DNA from: Candidatus Micrarchaeota archaeon
GTDB taxonomy: Archaea; Micrarchaeota; Micrarchaeia; Anstonellales; Bilamarchaeaceae
Assembly: GCA_043803165.1 (NCBI GenBank)
Contig: JAZDKI010000021.1
Location: 5,576-69,575 of the forward strand
Reading direction: 5' to 3'
Length of the DNA stretch: 64,000 nt
In this document: positions 16,968-26,677 of the stretch, in pieces
Layout of the letters: each line of letters begins with the position of its first letter
Position numbering within the stretch: position 1 is the first letter of the stretch
Made by a program: the position numbers and the translations under genes
Notes under the pieces: model-generated
The model's database searches: none
Seen by the model: the letters and a program-made list of their open reading frames with translations, nothing else
Told to the model about the DNA's origin: nothing

Positions 16968-18869
16968 TTGACCTGGATTGGAATCATCGATAACGGATAT
17001 AAACCTGATGAGGCACGTATTTTCAATTGTTGGATGGAGAGTATCGGTAAAACCGGGTTTACGCCTGCGGAGCTACGTCATATGATCGATTCCATTTTAT
17101 CTCTCGCCTGGCTGTTGGTCGTGACATTCTCCTTAGGCTTCGCGCTGACTAGGGAGAAGAGCCTGATGTCGTTCGGATTCGGTCTGGCGGCGTTCGTAAT
17201 ACTATCGACAGCACTGGACCTTGTCGGGATACCGCTGCATTGGACAGTCTTCCTCGTGATAGCATTGGCCATGGATGCGTATTTCGTGCATAGGAAGGAA
17301 TTGGCTTTCGAGATGCCGCGCCCGGATTGGATACTCGGTGCGGTGCTGTTGCTCGCGCTCATCAACACCTATGTGTATTGGCAAGGCGCCACGTCTTATC
17401 CCTGGCTCGAGGATGATGATCCCTGGGGATATGCGCACGATGCCAAATGGGTCTCTATTGAACAGACTTACTCCGTCCCATATGGCGGGGAGCAGATAAG
17501 CAGGTTATCCAGGCTAGAGCCGTTTCCGCCAGGATATTCCATACTGATAGGCGTTCTCCATCAGATGACCGTATCTCTCTCTGACACGTTGAAATTCTAT
17601 AACGTGCTTCTGATCGGTTCCGGCCTCATATTCGCGTTCGGTTTTTTCTCGCAGATCACCGGCAACAGGCTGCTCGCGCTGGTAGCCACATTCTTCCTGC
17701 TGGCACTCCCGTCTTTCATGAACCATTTCATCTGGGCGCAGTCTTTGGCGATCCCGCTCTTGTTTGTGGCGTTTTTCGCTTTGGAGAAGGCGAAAAACGA
17801 GCAGAGATACGTTCTTGCCGCGGCTGCCGCCATAGCCTCTATCGCCCTGACACACCCGGCGGTGGCCGGGATATTCGCATTGCTTTACGCATCATATGCC
17901 TTGATCCAGGCCATAGCCTCCGGAAAGGAAGCGCTTATGCCCATCATCAGGATTACGGGTTTTGCGATAGCATTGTCCTGCATCTTCTATGTCCCGGTAT
18001 TGCTCAAATTCGGCCTAGCGAACACTATCTCCGGCGTGGGGTTGACGAGCAGCCTGGTCAATATCGAAGACGGCCAGGTCGTATATCAAGACGATACGTC
18101 GGGGAATATCGTGTATGGGGTATCGGATTTCCTTTTCCCGCAGCCGCAAGGCAAGATAGACCAGCAGAGCGGCATCGGGCTCGCCATATCTGCGCTCTGC
18201 GTAGGCGGGCTCTTCCTTTCTCTCCGAGACATGAAAAAGACGGAGCCCTGGCTTCTTTGCGCTGTCGTTTGGTTTGCGATATGCATGCTGGGCGTCGAAG
18301 GGAACGGCCTGCCGGTCAAATTATTCCCCCACCGTTTCTGGGTGTACCTGTCTATACCGGTAGCGATGCTTGCGGCCCATGCGTATATCCAGCTCGATAA
18401 TGCCATCACCGGTAAGAAGAGGCTGATTCTTGCGGCGGTCATGGTGCTGAGCGTGCTGGATTCCTCGGCCATCGCGAAATATAATGTGGAGATGGCCAGT
18501 TGGCCCCCTGGAGCGTATCTTTCTTCCGCTCAGCAAGTCGAAGGCTTTGCCGGCATGAAAACGTCCCTGCCGGCAGATACCATGGTGTTTCCGCTCTGCA
18601 TACCAGACAATAGGGTGATCGGTTTTGATATGCTCACCGACATGTATGACCCGGATTACGTCGCCTTCAAGAAATCGGCTCCCGATCAGTCTGCCGATCA
18701 GGTATATTCTTTCCTGGCCCCCCGAGGATATGAATACCTGATAATCGACAGCTCTTGCCTCGCGATGGGCGAAGAGAAGGCCAATGCGGTCTTGACTGAT
18801 TTCATAGGTTCTGATAAGTACGATCTCGCATATTCGAACGGGGGCTTTTTCCTATTCAGGCTTGGATGA
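16968..18869 (+). CDS. GT-C fold membrane glycosyltransferase-like protein (PMT/ArnT/STT3 superfamily-like)
   Basis: ~11 TM helices, acidic first-loop motif EDDDPWGY, C-terminal ~150-aa soluble domain. The canonical WWDYG of AglB is absent, so not called as oligosaccharyltransferase. True start may be a downstream Met (for example MIDSILSL). Confidence 0.4.
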   Translation: MTWIGIIDNGYKPDEARIFNCWMESIGKTGFTPAELRHMIDSILSLAWLLVVTFSLGFALTREKSLMSFGFGLAAFVILSTALDLVGIPLHWTVFLVIALAMDAYFVHRKELAFEMPRPDWILGAVLLLALINTYVYWQGATSYPWLEDDDPWGYAHDAKWVSIEQTYSVPYGGEQISRLSRLEPFPPGYSILIGVLHQMTVSLSDTLKFYNVLLIGSGLIFAFGFFSQITGNRLLALVATFFLLALPSFMNHFIWAQSLAIPLLFVAFFALEKAKNEQRYVLAAAAAIASIALTHPAVAGIFALLYASYALIQAIASGKEALMPIIRITGFAIALSCIFYVPVLLKFGLANTISGVGLTSSLVNIEDGQVVYQDDTSGNIVYGVSDFLFPQPQGKIDQQSGIGLAISALCVGGLFLSLRDMKKTEPWLLCAVVWFAICMLGVEGNGLPVKLFPHRFWVYLSIPVAMLAAHAYIQLDNAITGKKRLILAAVMVLSVLDSSAIAKYNVEMASWPPGAYLSSAQQVEGFAGMKTSLPADTMVFPLCIPDNRVIGFDMLTDMYDPDYVAFKKSAPDQSADQVYSFLAPRGYEYLIIDSSCLAMGEEKANAVLTDFIGSDKYDLAYSNGGFFLFRLG

Positions 18870-19817
18870 TCTCGGCTTCCAGGCGTAGGTCGTCAGATGC
18901 GGGTAGCCGGTCCGGACCTTATAACCGAATCCGCGCAGTATCTTTTCCACCTTGCGGAAGGTTGGCTGGCCATCCCGGAAGTGATATCCTGCGATGGAGA
19001 ATTTCATGTCCTGGCTGGCGATTATCTGGGCGCAGCCGTCCAATGCCTCTATCTCAGCGCCTTCGATATCCATCTTGATGAAATCGATCTTATCCAGCCT
19101 GAATTCTTCAAGGATATCTCGGATCGAAGTCGTCTCCACGGTGACCTTTTTCGCGGGTTTTGATTTCTCCTTTTCAGGGCCGTCGGATTGGCAGAACAGG
19201 GTCGATGAGACAGTCCCCTGGGAATTGAAAGTCAGGCTGGTTTTTCCATTCCAAAGGGCTTTTTGGGACGTGGTGACGTTGCTGCAACCGTTCAACTCCA
19301 GGTTTTTTTTCAATATCTCCAGGTTGTCTTGATCCGGCTCGAGGCAGATGACGCGGCCGCCGGCTCCGACCATCTTTGACATGATAACCGAGAATATGCC
19401 GTGATACGCGCCAGCGTCGATGACCACATCGCCGTTTTTTGGCGAGTATTCCTCCAGATAGGTCGCAAATTCGTTCTGCAGGAAAAAAACGTCGAAGAAC
19501 GCCTTCTCCCTATCGCCAGAGGGATATGCGAGATTGATCTCCCATCCATGATATGGATAGACGATGCAGTCCCATCCATCGTCGACCTTTCTTTCTTTGG
19601 TCTCGCCGCTGACATTGAGCCAGCTTGCAGCCGCGATTATCCTGACGTAGTTTTCGAGGAAGGTGGCATCCTTGGACAGGGTGACCCTGTTTTCGCCCTT
19701 TTTGAGTTGGATGTGGGTTGATGTCTCAGACATCGAGACCCCGCATCTCAACAGGTAGTAATGCAGTTTGAGAAATCTTGCAACCCCTCTGATCGGTTCT
19801 AGCATAGGATCACCCAT
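18852..19817 (-). CDS. FkbM family methyltransferase
   Basis: DAGAYHGIFSV...GRVICLEPDQDNLEILKKN matches Methyltransf_21/FkbM. Confidence 0.75.
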   Translation of the reverse strand: MGDPMLEPIRGVARFLKLHYYLLRCGVSMSETSTHIQLKKGENRVTLSKDATFLENYVRIIAAASWLNVSGETKERKVDDGWDCIVYPYHGWEINLAYPSGDREKAFFDVFFLQNEFATYLEEYSPKNGDVVIDAGAYHGIFSVIMSKMVGAGGRVICLEPDQDNLEILKKNLELNGCSNVTTSQKALWNGKTSLTFNSQGTVSSTLFCQSDGPEKEKSKPAKKVTVETTSIRDILEEFRLDKIDFIKMDIEGAEIEALDGCAQIIASQDMKFSIAGYHFRDGQPTFRKVEKILRGFGYKVRTGYPHLTTYAWKPRSSKPE

Positions 19818-19895
19818 TAATACGAGAAAAAATAAATAAACGCTGGTTGCCCGGCAGGGCGCTCTGGATTGGATCGCGAAATGATGTCAAACCCC

Positions 19896-20558
19896 TCAGG
19901 GCCTGAGCCTCTCTTTGAGCAGGTGGATGCAGATCTTCACGCCGTCTATCAACTGCACCTTCGATGCCCCACCGCGCCGAGAGTATGAGATGGGGATCTC
20001 GGCTATCCTGAGCTTGTGCTTAGCCGCCTGCGCGAACATGTCGCATTCCAGCTCGAAGCTGTCGCAATGTATCTCGAGCCTCTTATACGCGCTCTTCCTG
20101 AACCCCCACATGCCGGTGCAGACGTCGCTGGTCGGGGTGAGATACAGCGCGGCCGCCCAAAGGCAGATGACCCGGTTGCCGATGTTGTTTACCGCTGACA
20201 TCGAGCCCTCCTCCATATGGCCCTTGAAGCGCGATCCTACGACAACATCGGATTCATCGAGCGCTTTGAGGAATTTTGGCATGTCCTGCACTGGGTAGGT
20301 GAGGTCCGCATCGATCATGATGGCTAGATCGGAATCGACTTCACGGAAAGCGCTCTTTATGGCATTCGCTTTCCCCTTCTTCTTTTCTAGGATGATCCTT
20401 ACGCCCAGGCTTCTTGCTATCTCGACCGTGCGGTCGGTGCTGAGGCCGTCTATCACGACTATCTCTGCCTGTGGCAATGTCGCACGGACCTCCCTGATGA
20501 CCTTCCCGATATTCCCCTCCTCGTTGAGGGTCGGAAGGAGCACCGAAACGGATTGCAT
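19896..20558 (-). CDS. GT2 family glycosyltransferase, dolichyl/polyprenyl-phosphate sugar synthase-like (DPM1-like, soluble)
   Basis: VLLPTLNEEGNI, DGLSTD, IMIDADLTYP (DxD region) typical of Dol-P-Man/Glc synthases. Confidence 0.8.
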   Translation of the reverse strand: MQSVSVLLPTLNEEGNIGKVIREVRATLPQAEIVVIDGLSTDRTVEIARSLGVRIILEKKKGKANAIKSAFREVDSDLAIMIDADLTYPVQDMPKFLKALDESDVVVGSRFKGHMEEGSMSAVNNIGNRVICLWAAALYLTPTSDVCTGMWGFRKSAYKRLEIHCDSFELECDMFAQAAKHKLRIAEIPISYSRRGGASKVQLIDGVKICIHLLKERLRP

Positions 20559-20635
20559 GCTTTGAGATAGGGTCCGATATGATTAAAGAGGTGGTTACGG
20601 ACCTTTTTTTCGCCATATCCGGGCTGTCTGGAAAA

Positions 20636-21478
20636 TCATTGGTCCATGGTTTCGACCGAGAACTCCCTGAATATGACCCCGCTCTTTCTTGTCTGGCCGA
20701 AGTCGGGATGCGGATCCAGGTTCAGCAGGCTCGAGAAGCTGTCGCTCCGTATGCCCTGATTCAGCCCTGCCAACTCTGCGGCCCTCAGTCCGAAAGACAG
20801 GAGGAGATTCGGCATCGGGAGGAAGCGGGCCTTCTTCCCGGATGAACTGGCCATGACCTCGATCATCTCCTTGAAAGTGAACCCCTGCTCGTGCGCTGCC
20901 GTTATCGGGACCACGGGGGGGATCGCCTTGCTGGTGCAGATCGAGCGTATCAGCTCGGCGAGATCCTCGTTGTGGCAAAGGTAGAGCTTCCCCTTGCCCG
21001 TATCCATGAGCGGGATGATTGGGTATCTCTCCAAAAACGAGCGCATCTTGCCTACCACGCTGCGGGGGGACTTGCCATACACCAATCCGGGCCGGATTAT
21101 GTAGGCGCCCATTTTCTTCGCTTCTGCCTCGATCTCCAGCTTCGCCCTGCCATAATCGGATGCGCAGCCCGGGAACGCGCTCATGGAGGACAGGACGATT
21201 ATTTTCTTGACCCCGGCCTCCTTGGCCGCGCGGAGCACCTCTATGGAACCGAGGACATTCACACGGCGTATGTCTTCCCAGGCTTTAGGCCGGAAATCAT
21301 ATGCGCAGTGCACCAGGGCATCCATAGCCTCGAACGCCCTCTTATCCACCTTATCTCCGAGCGAGAAGCGTATGCTCCCCGACCTTCCGGCCTCGATGAT
21401 ATCGAATCCTTTGCCTGCGAGGTATCGCGCGATGCATGAACCGACATAGCCGCTCGCTCCGGTGATCACGCACTTCAT
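20636..21478 (-). CDS. NAD-dependent epimerase/dehydratase family protein
   Basis: MKCVITGASGYVGS Rossmann motif. Start at 21478 (alternative 21505). Confidence 0.7.
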   Translation of the reverse strand: MKCVITGASGYVGSCIARYLAGKGFDIIEAGRSGSIRFSLGDKVDKRAFEAMDALVHCAYDFRPKAWEDIRRVNVLGSIEVLRAAKEAGVKKIIVLSSMSAFPGCASDYGRAKLEIEAEAKKMGAYIIRPGLVYGKSPRSVVGKMRSFLERYPIIPLMDTGKGKLYLCHNEDLAELIRSICTSKAIPPVVPITAAHEQGFTFKEMIEVMASSSGKKARFLPMPNLLLSFGLRAAELAGLNQGIRSDSFSSLLNLDPHPDFGQTRKSGVIFREFSVETMDQ

Positions 21479-21546
21479 GCCAGATATGCCGCCCACGGAT
21501 GTCAATCGACGAGAATATTAATAAGCCTCCCAGGGACAATACCACC

Positions 21547-22662
21547 ATGGATCTTTTCGCGGCCGGAAGCCGCATCCAGGATTTCGCCTATCAGAGGGTA
21601 TTGAAGGAGATTTTCTTCAGGATGGACCCTGAGGACATCCACGACCTCATGACGATCACCGGCAGGGGTCTGGAAGCCGTATGGCCGGCGAAGATGCTCA
21701 CAGGGAGCGTTTTCCGCTTCCGCGATAAAAGGCTTGAGCAAAACGTCGCAGGGATCCGGTTCGAGAATCCGGTGGGCCTGGCGGCAGGCTTCGACAAGGA
21801 TGCCCTCCTCACCGACCTTATCCCCCATGTCGGATTCGGCTTCATGGAGGTGGGATCCATAACCGGCGAGCCGTGCAAGGGCAATCCCAAGCCCAGGCTG
21901 TGGAGGCTCAAGAAATCGCGCGCGATCGTCGTCTATTACGGATTGAAGAACGAAGGATGCGAGATCATCTCAAAACGGCTGCGGGGCAAGAGATTCGAGT
22001 TCCCGGTCGGGACGAGCATAGCCAAGACCAACAGCCCGGATACCGTCGAGGTGGAAAGGGGCATGGAGGATTACGCGAAGGCATATTCGATGTTCACGGA
22101 TATCGGCAGCTACTCTACGATAAACACCAGCTGCCCGAACGCCTGCGGAGGCGAGCCGTTCTCGGATCCGGGCAACCTGGACCGGCTGCTCGGGCGGATT
22201 GATGGCATACCATCCAAAAAACCGGTATTCCTGAAGATCTCGCCCGACCTGTCCCGCTCGACCCTGGATGAGGTCATGGATATCGCAGGCAAGCACCGCG
22301 TGGCGGGGTTCGTCTGCACCAACCTCACCAAGAAGCGGGACAATCCCAGGATACTCGATGGCGATGTGCCCGCGCTCGGAGGCATCAGCGGAAAGGTGGT
22401 CGAGGGGCTCTCGGACGAGAGCATCCGCCAGATAAGGAAGCGGGCTGGTGGGAGGTTCGCGATAATCGGATGCGGCGGGGTTTTTGGCGCAGAGGACGCC
22501 TACCGGAAGATAAGGGCCGGGGCTTCGCTGATCCAGCTCTTCACAGGCATGATATATGAGGGGCCGCACCTGATCGGCAAGATCAACCACGGCCTCGTCG
22601 GCCTTCTTGCTAAAGACGGCTTCTCGTCGATATCGGAAGCGGTCGGAACGGAGAAGGGATGA
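21547..22662 (+). CDS. pyrD: dihydroorotate dehydrogenase (quinone), class 2
   Basis: GFGFMEVGSITGEPCKGNPKPRLWRL, NTSCPN, IIGCGGV match class-2 DHODH throughout. TATA-like aatattaataag at 21517-21528. Alternative start 21499. Confidence 0.85.
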   Translation: MDLFAAGSRIQDFAYQRVLKEIFFRMDPEDIHDLMTITGRGLEAVWPAKMLTGSVFRFRDKRLEQNVAGIRFENPVGLAAGFDKDALLTDLIPHVGFGFMEVGSITGEPCKGNPKPRLWRLKKSRAIVVYYGLKNEGCEIISKRLRGKRFEFPVGTSIAKTNSPDTVEVERGMEDYAKAYSMFTDIGSYSTINTSCPNACGGEPFSDPGNLDRLLGRIDGIPSKKPVFLKISPDLSRSTLDEVMDIAGKHRVAGFVCTNLTKKRDNPRILDGDVPALGGISGKVVEGLSDESIRQIRKRAGGRFAIIGCGGVFGAEDAYRKIRAGASLIQLFTGMIYEGPHLIGKINHGLVGLLAKDGFSSISEAVGTEKG

Positions 22663-22666
22663 GCTT

Positions 22667-24274
22667 ATGTTCTATGTCGTAGGCTCAGGCCCCGCAGGCG
22701 TCTCCTGCGCGAAAGCGCTGCTGGAACGCGGCGAAGAGGTCACCATGCTCGATGCCGGGATCGGGCTTGATGAAGACATCGCCAGGAGGGTGGATGAGGT
22801 GGGATCATCGCCGCCGAAAGAATGGAGGGATCCGAAGACCATAAGCGGAGCCATCGTCGCGGCCATGAAAGAAGCGGTGAAGCCGAAAAACGGCAAGATC
22901 GAGACCAAGCTGGTGTTCGGATCGGACTATCCTTACCGGGATTCGGAAAAACTCCTCCATATCACGCAAAAAGGCTCTTGCTGCAAGCCCTCCCTAGGGA
23001 ACGGGGGCTTCAGCGCGGCGTGGGGAGCCGCCGTCCTTCCCTACCCTAAGGAGGACATGTGCGACTGGCCTTTCAAGGCTGAAGAGCTCGAACCGTACTA
23101 TCGGAAGGTCGCAGGATTCATGGATATGACCGGGGAAGATGATGGCCTTTTGGAGCTGTTCCCGCTCTTCACGGATTCTCCCCAGCCGCATCGGAAGAGC
23201 AGGCAGGCAGAAGCCCTGCTCAAGGATATGGCCCGCAACAGGGATGCGCTGAAAAAGAGCGGCATCATGTTCGGAGCCTCCAGGCTCGCGGTGAGGACGA
23301 TAGAGAGGGATGGGAAACCGGGCTGCGCATATTGCGGGCTTTGCATGTATGGCTGCCCGTATGACCTCATATATAACTCGTCTTCGACGCTGGATGAGCT
23401 TAAGGCCGACCCAGGTTTCAGGTATGAGTCCGGCATAATAGTGGACCGGGTCTCCGAGGATGCGGGCGGCGTGGTGGTATATGGCCGCTCGCTCCGATCC
23501 GGAGGGGACGTCGCATTCACCGGCTCGAAGGTGTTCCTTGCATGCGGGGCGGTCCCATCCACTAAGATCATCTTGGCGTCCAAGAAAGCGTATGGGGTGC
23601 CCATCACCATGCTTGATTCCCAGTATTTTATGGTGCCATATGTGCGGTTTGGGGGGGCGGGAAACGTCCTGAAAGAAGAGCTCCATACCCTGGCCCAGGC
23701 GTTCATCGAGGTATACGACCGGAAGATCAGCGAGCATCTTGTCCACCTGCAGGTATATTCATTCAACGAGCTGATGCTCCAGGTCGTCCGCTCGAGGACC
23801 GGGCCGGCATATCCGCTTTTCAGGTTCCCGGTCGGGATGTTCATAGACAGGATGATGCTGATCCAGGGGTTCCTGCACTCGGATGACTCCGCGAGGATCA
23901 CATTGACCCTCCGGAAAGGGAAGGGCGGTCAGGACGAGCTCGTGTTGGAATCGAAGCCGTCGGATACCGCCAGGAAAGTCGTCTCCAAGGTCATGTGGAA
24001 GCTGATCGGGGAGCAGGGCCGGATCGGCGCCGTTCCCCTGCTGCCGATGCTGGATATAGAGACGCCTGGCAAGAGCTTCCATTATGGCGGCAGCCTGCCG
24101 ATGAGCAGGGAGCCCGGGGAATGGCAGACCGATATCTACGGGAGGCCGGAGGGATTCCGGAATGTCCATGTCGTGGATGCCAGCGTCCTGCCTTCTCTTC
24201 CTGCCCCGACCGTGACGTTCGCCGTGATGGCCAATGCATACCGCATCGGGGCCGAGCACGACAAGTCCTCCTAG
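22667..24274 (+). CDS. GMC-family FAD-dependent oxidoreductase
   Basis: N-terminal VVGSGPAG FAD-binding motif, ~535 aa, C-terminal HYGGSLPMS region. Starts 5 nt after the pyrD stop. Confidence 0.6.
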   Translation: MFYVVGSGPAGVSCAKALLERGEEVTMLDAGIGLDEDIARRVDEVGSSPPKEWRDPKTISGAIVAAMKEAVKPKNGKIETKLVFGSDYPYRDSEKLLHITQKGSCCKPSLGNGGFSAAWGAAVLPYPKEDMCDWPFKAEELEPYYRKVAGFMDMTGEDDGLLELFPLFTDSPQPHRKSRQAEALLKDMARNRDALKKSGIMFGASRLAVRTIERDGKPGCAYCGLCMYGCPYDLIYNSSSTLDELKADPGFRYESGIIVDRVSEDAGGVVVYGRSLRSGGDVAFTGSKVFLACGAVPSTKIILASKKAYGVPITMLDSQYFMVPYVRFGGAGNVLKEELHTLAQAFIEVYDRKISEHLVHLQVYSFNELMLQVVRSRTGPAYPLFRFPVGMFIDRMMLIQGFLHSDDSARITLTLRKGKGGQDELVLESKPSDTARKVVSKVMWKLIGEQGRIGAVPLLPMLDIETPGKSFHYGGSLPMSREPGEWQTDIYGRPEGFRNVHVVDASVLPSLPAPTVTFAVMANAYRIGAEHDKSS

Positions 24275-24276
24275 CC

Positions 24277-25098
24277 TCAGTCCAAAGGGGGGAATCCGCC
24301 CCGTGGCCTGAACAGCTTTTTGAAATAGTTGAGCGTCCTCTCGATCTTCAGGAAGCCGTAGAGGTGCTTGGCTGTCTTGAGGTCCGTGACGTCTTCTGAA
24401 GCATAGAGTTTTTTCTGGCTCTGCCAGGTCATGCCCTCTCCCGAATAGTCGACCTCGTGCCACTCGCGCCCGATCATGTGGGATATGCATTCGTCGAAGG
24501 TCCCCTGCCTCCGGATTTTCATCGAAGAGAGGAAGCGCACCAGATAGCGGGCCATCCGCTCGGCCTCGTCAGCCTTCACCCCGCGCTCGTTCACGCCACG
24601 GAGGAGCTCGATCGTGGTCTTTGGCATATGGTCCAGCAGGGCTTTTGTCTTGGGCATCGGAGACCGCTTGGCGAGCGCCTTGAGCAGATACCCTGCCGCC
24701 AGGTTCCCTTCCTCGTGTGTCAGCTTCATCTTCTTTTTCTGCTGCTTGACCCGGCTCATGATCATCTCCGCGATCTTCCGGTACCCCATCCGATGTAGGT
24801 CGCAGAGGGGCTCGATGCATTCTGACTTGCCTTCTTTGCGCGTATCTACGGCCTCTTCCGAGGGGTCGGGCTTGATCTCAAATACGGGCTTCCTCGAGGG
24901 GAGGTCGGGCATTTTCCTGAATGCTTCTGCATCAGGGATGGACGCCTGCGATGCGCGTGGGGGATCGGCCTTCCCGCATCCGAGCATCATCGCACCTGCG
25001 AGCAGTGGTGCGAGAAGCGCCTTTCGTATGCGCGGGAGGGTTTGGGGATGTTGGGGATCGTGCTTGCGGCTGTGCGCCATCCGTCGTGCAGGTTCCAT
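24277..25098 (-). CDS. hypothetical secreted protein / putative lipoprotein
   Basis: LLAPLLAGAMMLGCG signal peptide with lipobox-like LGC, lysine-rich mature part, no recognisable domain. Confidence 0.45.
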   Translation of the reverse strand: MEPARRMAHSRKHDPQHPQTLPRIRKALLAPLLAGAMMLGCGKADPPRASQASIPDAEAFRKMPDLPSRKPVFEIKPDPSEEAVDTRKEGKSECIEPLCDLHRMGYRKIAEMIMSRVKQQKKKMKLTHEEGNLAAGYLLKALAKRSPMPKTKALLDHMPKTTIELLRGVNERGVKADEAERMARYLVRFLSSMKIRRQGTFDECISHMIGREWHEVDYSGEGMTWQSQKKLYASEDVTDLKTAKHLYGFLKIERTLNYFKKLFRPRGGFPPLD

Positions 25099-25148
25099 GA
25101 ATTAAGTGTTGCGTGTTGTCATTTTAAGGCTTTCGAACGGACATGGCG

Positions 25149-25168
25149 TTATCCATATCTGTGGATAA
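25149..25168 (+). promoter_or_regulatory. inverted repeat TTATCCA-N6-TGGATAA upstream of the pilus-type ATPase operon, followed by TATA-like aatattaataaa (25187-25200)
   Basis: read directly in the 208-bp intergenic region 25099-25306. Confidence 0.4.
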
Positions 25169-25306
25169 CCACCGGAAAATCCCTGGAATATTAATAAAGC
25201 GAGAAAAAACATCCGCTTACGGGGGATGGGTGGGCTTCGCGGCCGTTCTGGGGGGTGGAACCCTCAGGGGGGCCGGTCGGAGAGGAGCATCGGTGATGGC
25301 CCCCAT

Positions 25307-26677
25307 ATGGGGGGGATGGAGATGTTAGGCTGGCGGATCCTCGCCGAAGGGGAGTACAAACTCGATATGCCCGAGCTGACCGGCGAGGAGAAGCAGCTGG
25401 TCTTGCTCGCGCAGGACCGTTTCAGGGAGGCCGCGCGCTCGCACGCTTCCGCTGACAAGGAGGAGATGAGGGGGCTTGTCGATGGATTGCTCGCTTCGGC
25501 TGCCCATGAATCGGGGCTGTATCTCGAGCGGAGCCAGCAGGCGTATCTGGCCGAGATCGCCTTCATGCACATCTGCGGGTTCGCCTTCATCGAACGGCTC
25601 CTCGAGGACCCCGCAATAGAGGAGATAAGCGTGATCGGCCCAGGGAAGCCGGTCTATGTCTATCTGCGGAAGCAGGGCTGGAGGAGCGTGAACGCCTGCT
25701 TCGATGACGAGCGCTCGATAGGCGAGATGATAAACCGGATGTCGAGGGCCTTGGGCAGGCACATCACGATGCAGAATCCCAGGCTGGATGCGATGCTCCC
25801 GGATGGGTCAAGGCTCCATGCCTCCCTGCCGCCCGTCTCCCATGGCGAGATAACGATACGGAGGTTTCGGGAGAAGCCGTTCTCCCCCAGGGAGCTTGCC
25901 GAGAACGGGACGATATCCCCCGATGCGATGGCCCTGCTGTCCGTCCTGATGCAATGCGATTTCTCGATATTGATAGCGGGGAACACAGCGAGCGGGAAGA
26001 CCACCACCATGAACGCGCTGTTCTCGTTCATCCCGTGGAACGAGCGGGTGATTATAACCGAGGAGACCCCGGAGATAAACGTCCCCCATCAGCACCAGAT
26101 GAGGCTTGTCGCGAACCGCGATATGGGGATCAGCCTCAAGGATCTCGTGTATGACTCGCTCCGTATGAGGCCGGACCGGATGGTGGTCGGCGAGGTGCGC
26201 AACCGGGAGGAGACCGAGGCGCTCTTCGATGTGCTCCTCGCCGGGCAGGCGCGCGGGAGCTATGCCACTTTCCATGCCCAGAGCGCCGATGAGGCGTTAT
26301 CGAGACTGCGGTCTTTTGGAGTGAGGGAGGACGACCTTTCCAGCGTGGACTGCATCATCGTGCAGAGGAGGATGCTCCTCTATGACGCGAAAACAAGGAG
26401 CGCGCGTGAAGCGAGGCGGGTTGTCGAGATCATGGAGACCGAAGGCAGGACGCCATTGTACAAGGACGGAGGGGGCGGGATCGCGAAGAAAGGGATGCTG
26501 CTCGAGCGGGCTGCCGAAGGCTTCGGGATGAGCGCGAAGGAGATGGAATCCGAGCTCGCGAAGAGGAAGAAGGCGATCATGCGGGCGGGGCCGGATTACG
26601 CTTCATTCTTTTCTTCTGTGCAGAAGGAGTTCTACGGTTTTTCAGGAAACGAGAGGCGGGACGGGGTGGCGCGCTGA
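25307..26677 (+). CDS. type II/IV secretion-system family ATPase (archaeal FlaI/TadA/VirB11-like pilus or archaellum assembly ATPase)
   Basis: Walker A GNTASGKTT, Walker B DRMVVGEVR, typical T2SSE domain. ATG 25307 is preceded by GGTGATGG SD-like element at 25293-25300. Confidence 0.85.
   Translation: MGGMEMLGWRILAEGEYKLDMPELTGEEKQLVLLAQDRFREAARSHASADKEEMRGLVDGLLASAAHESGLYLERSQQAYLAEIAFMHICGFAFIERLLEDPAIEEISVIGPGKPVYVYLRKQGWRSVNACFDDERSIGEMINRMSRALGRHITMQNPRLDAMLPDGSRLHASLPPVSHGEITIRRFREKPFSPRELAENGTISPDAMALLSVLMQCDFSILIAGNTASGKTTTMNALFSFIPWNERVIITEETPEINVPHQHQMRLVANRDMGISLKDLVYDSLRMRPDRMVVGEVRNREETEALFDVLLAGQARGSYATFHAQSADEALSRLRSFGVREDDLSSVDCIIVQRRMLLYDAKTRSAREARRVVEIMETEGRTPLYKDGGGGIAKKGMLLERAAEGFGMSAKEMESELAKRKKAIMRAGPDYASFFSSVQKEFYGFSGNERRDGVAR

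Noticed and set aside
16968-18869. Calling the GT-C-like membrane protein the oligosaccharyltransferase AglB
   Set aside because: The WWDYG motif and the long C-terminal periplasmic domain typical of AglB/STT3 are not evident. Only a generic GT-C assignment is made.
21547-22662. Idea that the DHODH-like gene is a neofunctionalised paralogue acting on a glycan or lipid substrate
   Set aside because: All class-2 PyrD motifs (GFGFxEVGS, NxSCPN, GNPKPRLWRL, IIGCGGV) are intact, so ordinary pyrD is the simplest reading. Kept only as a low-interest note.
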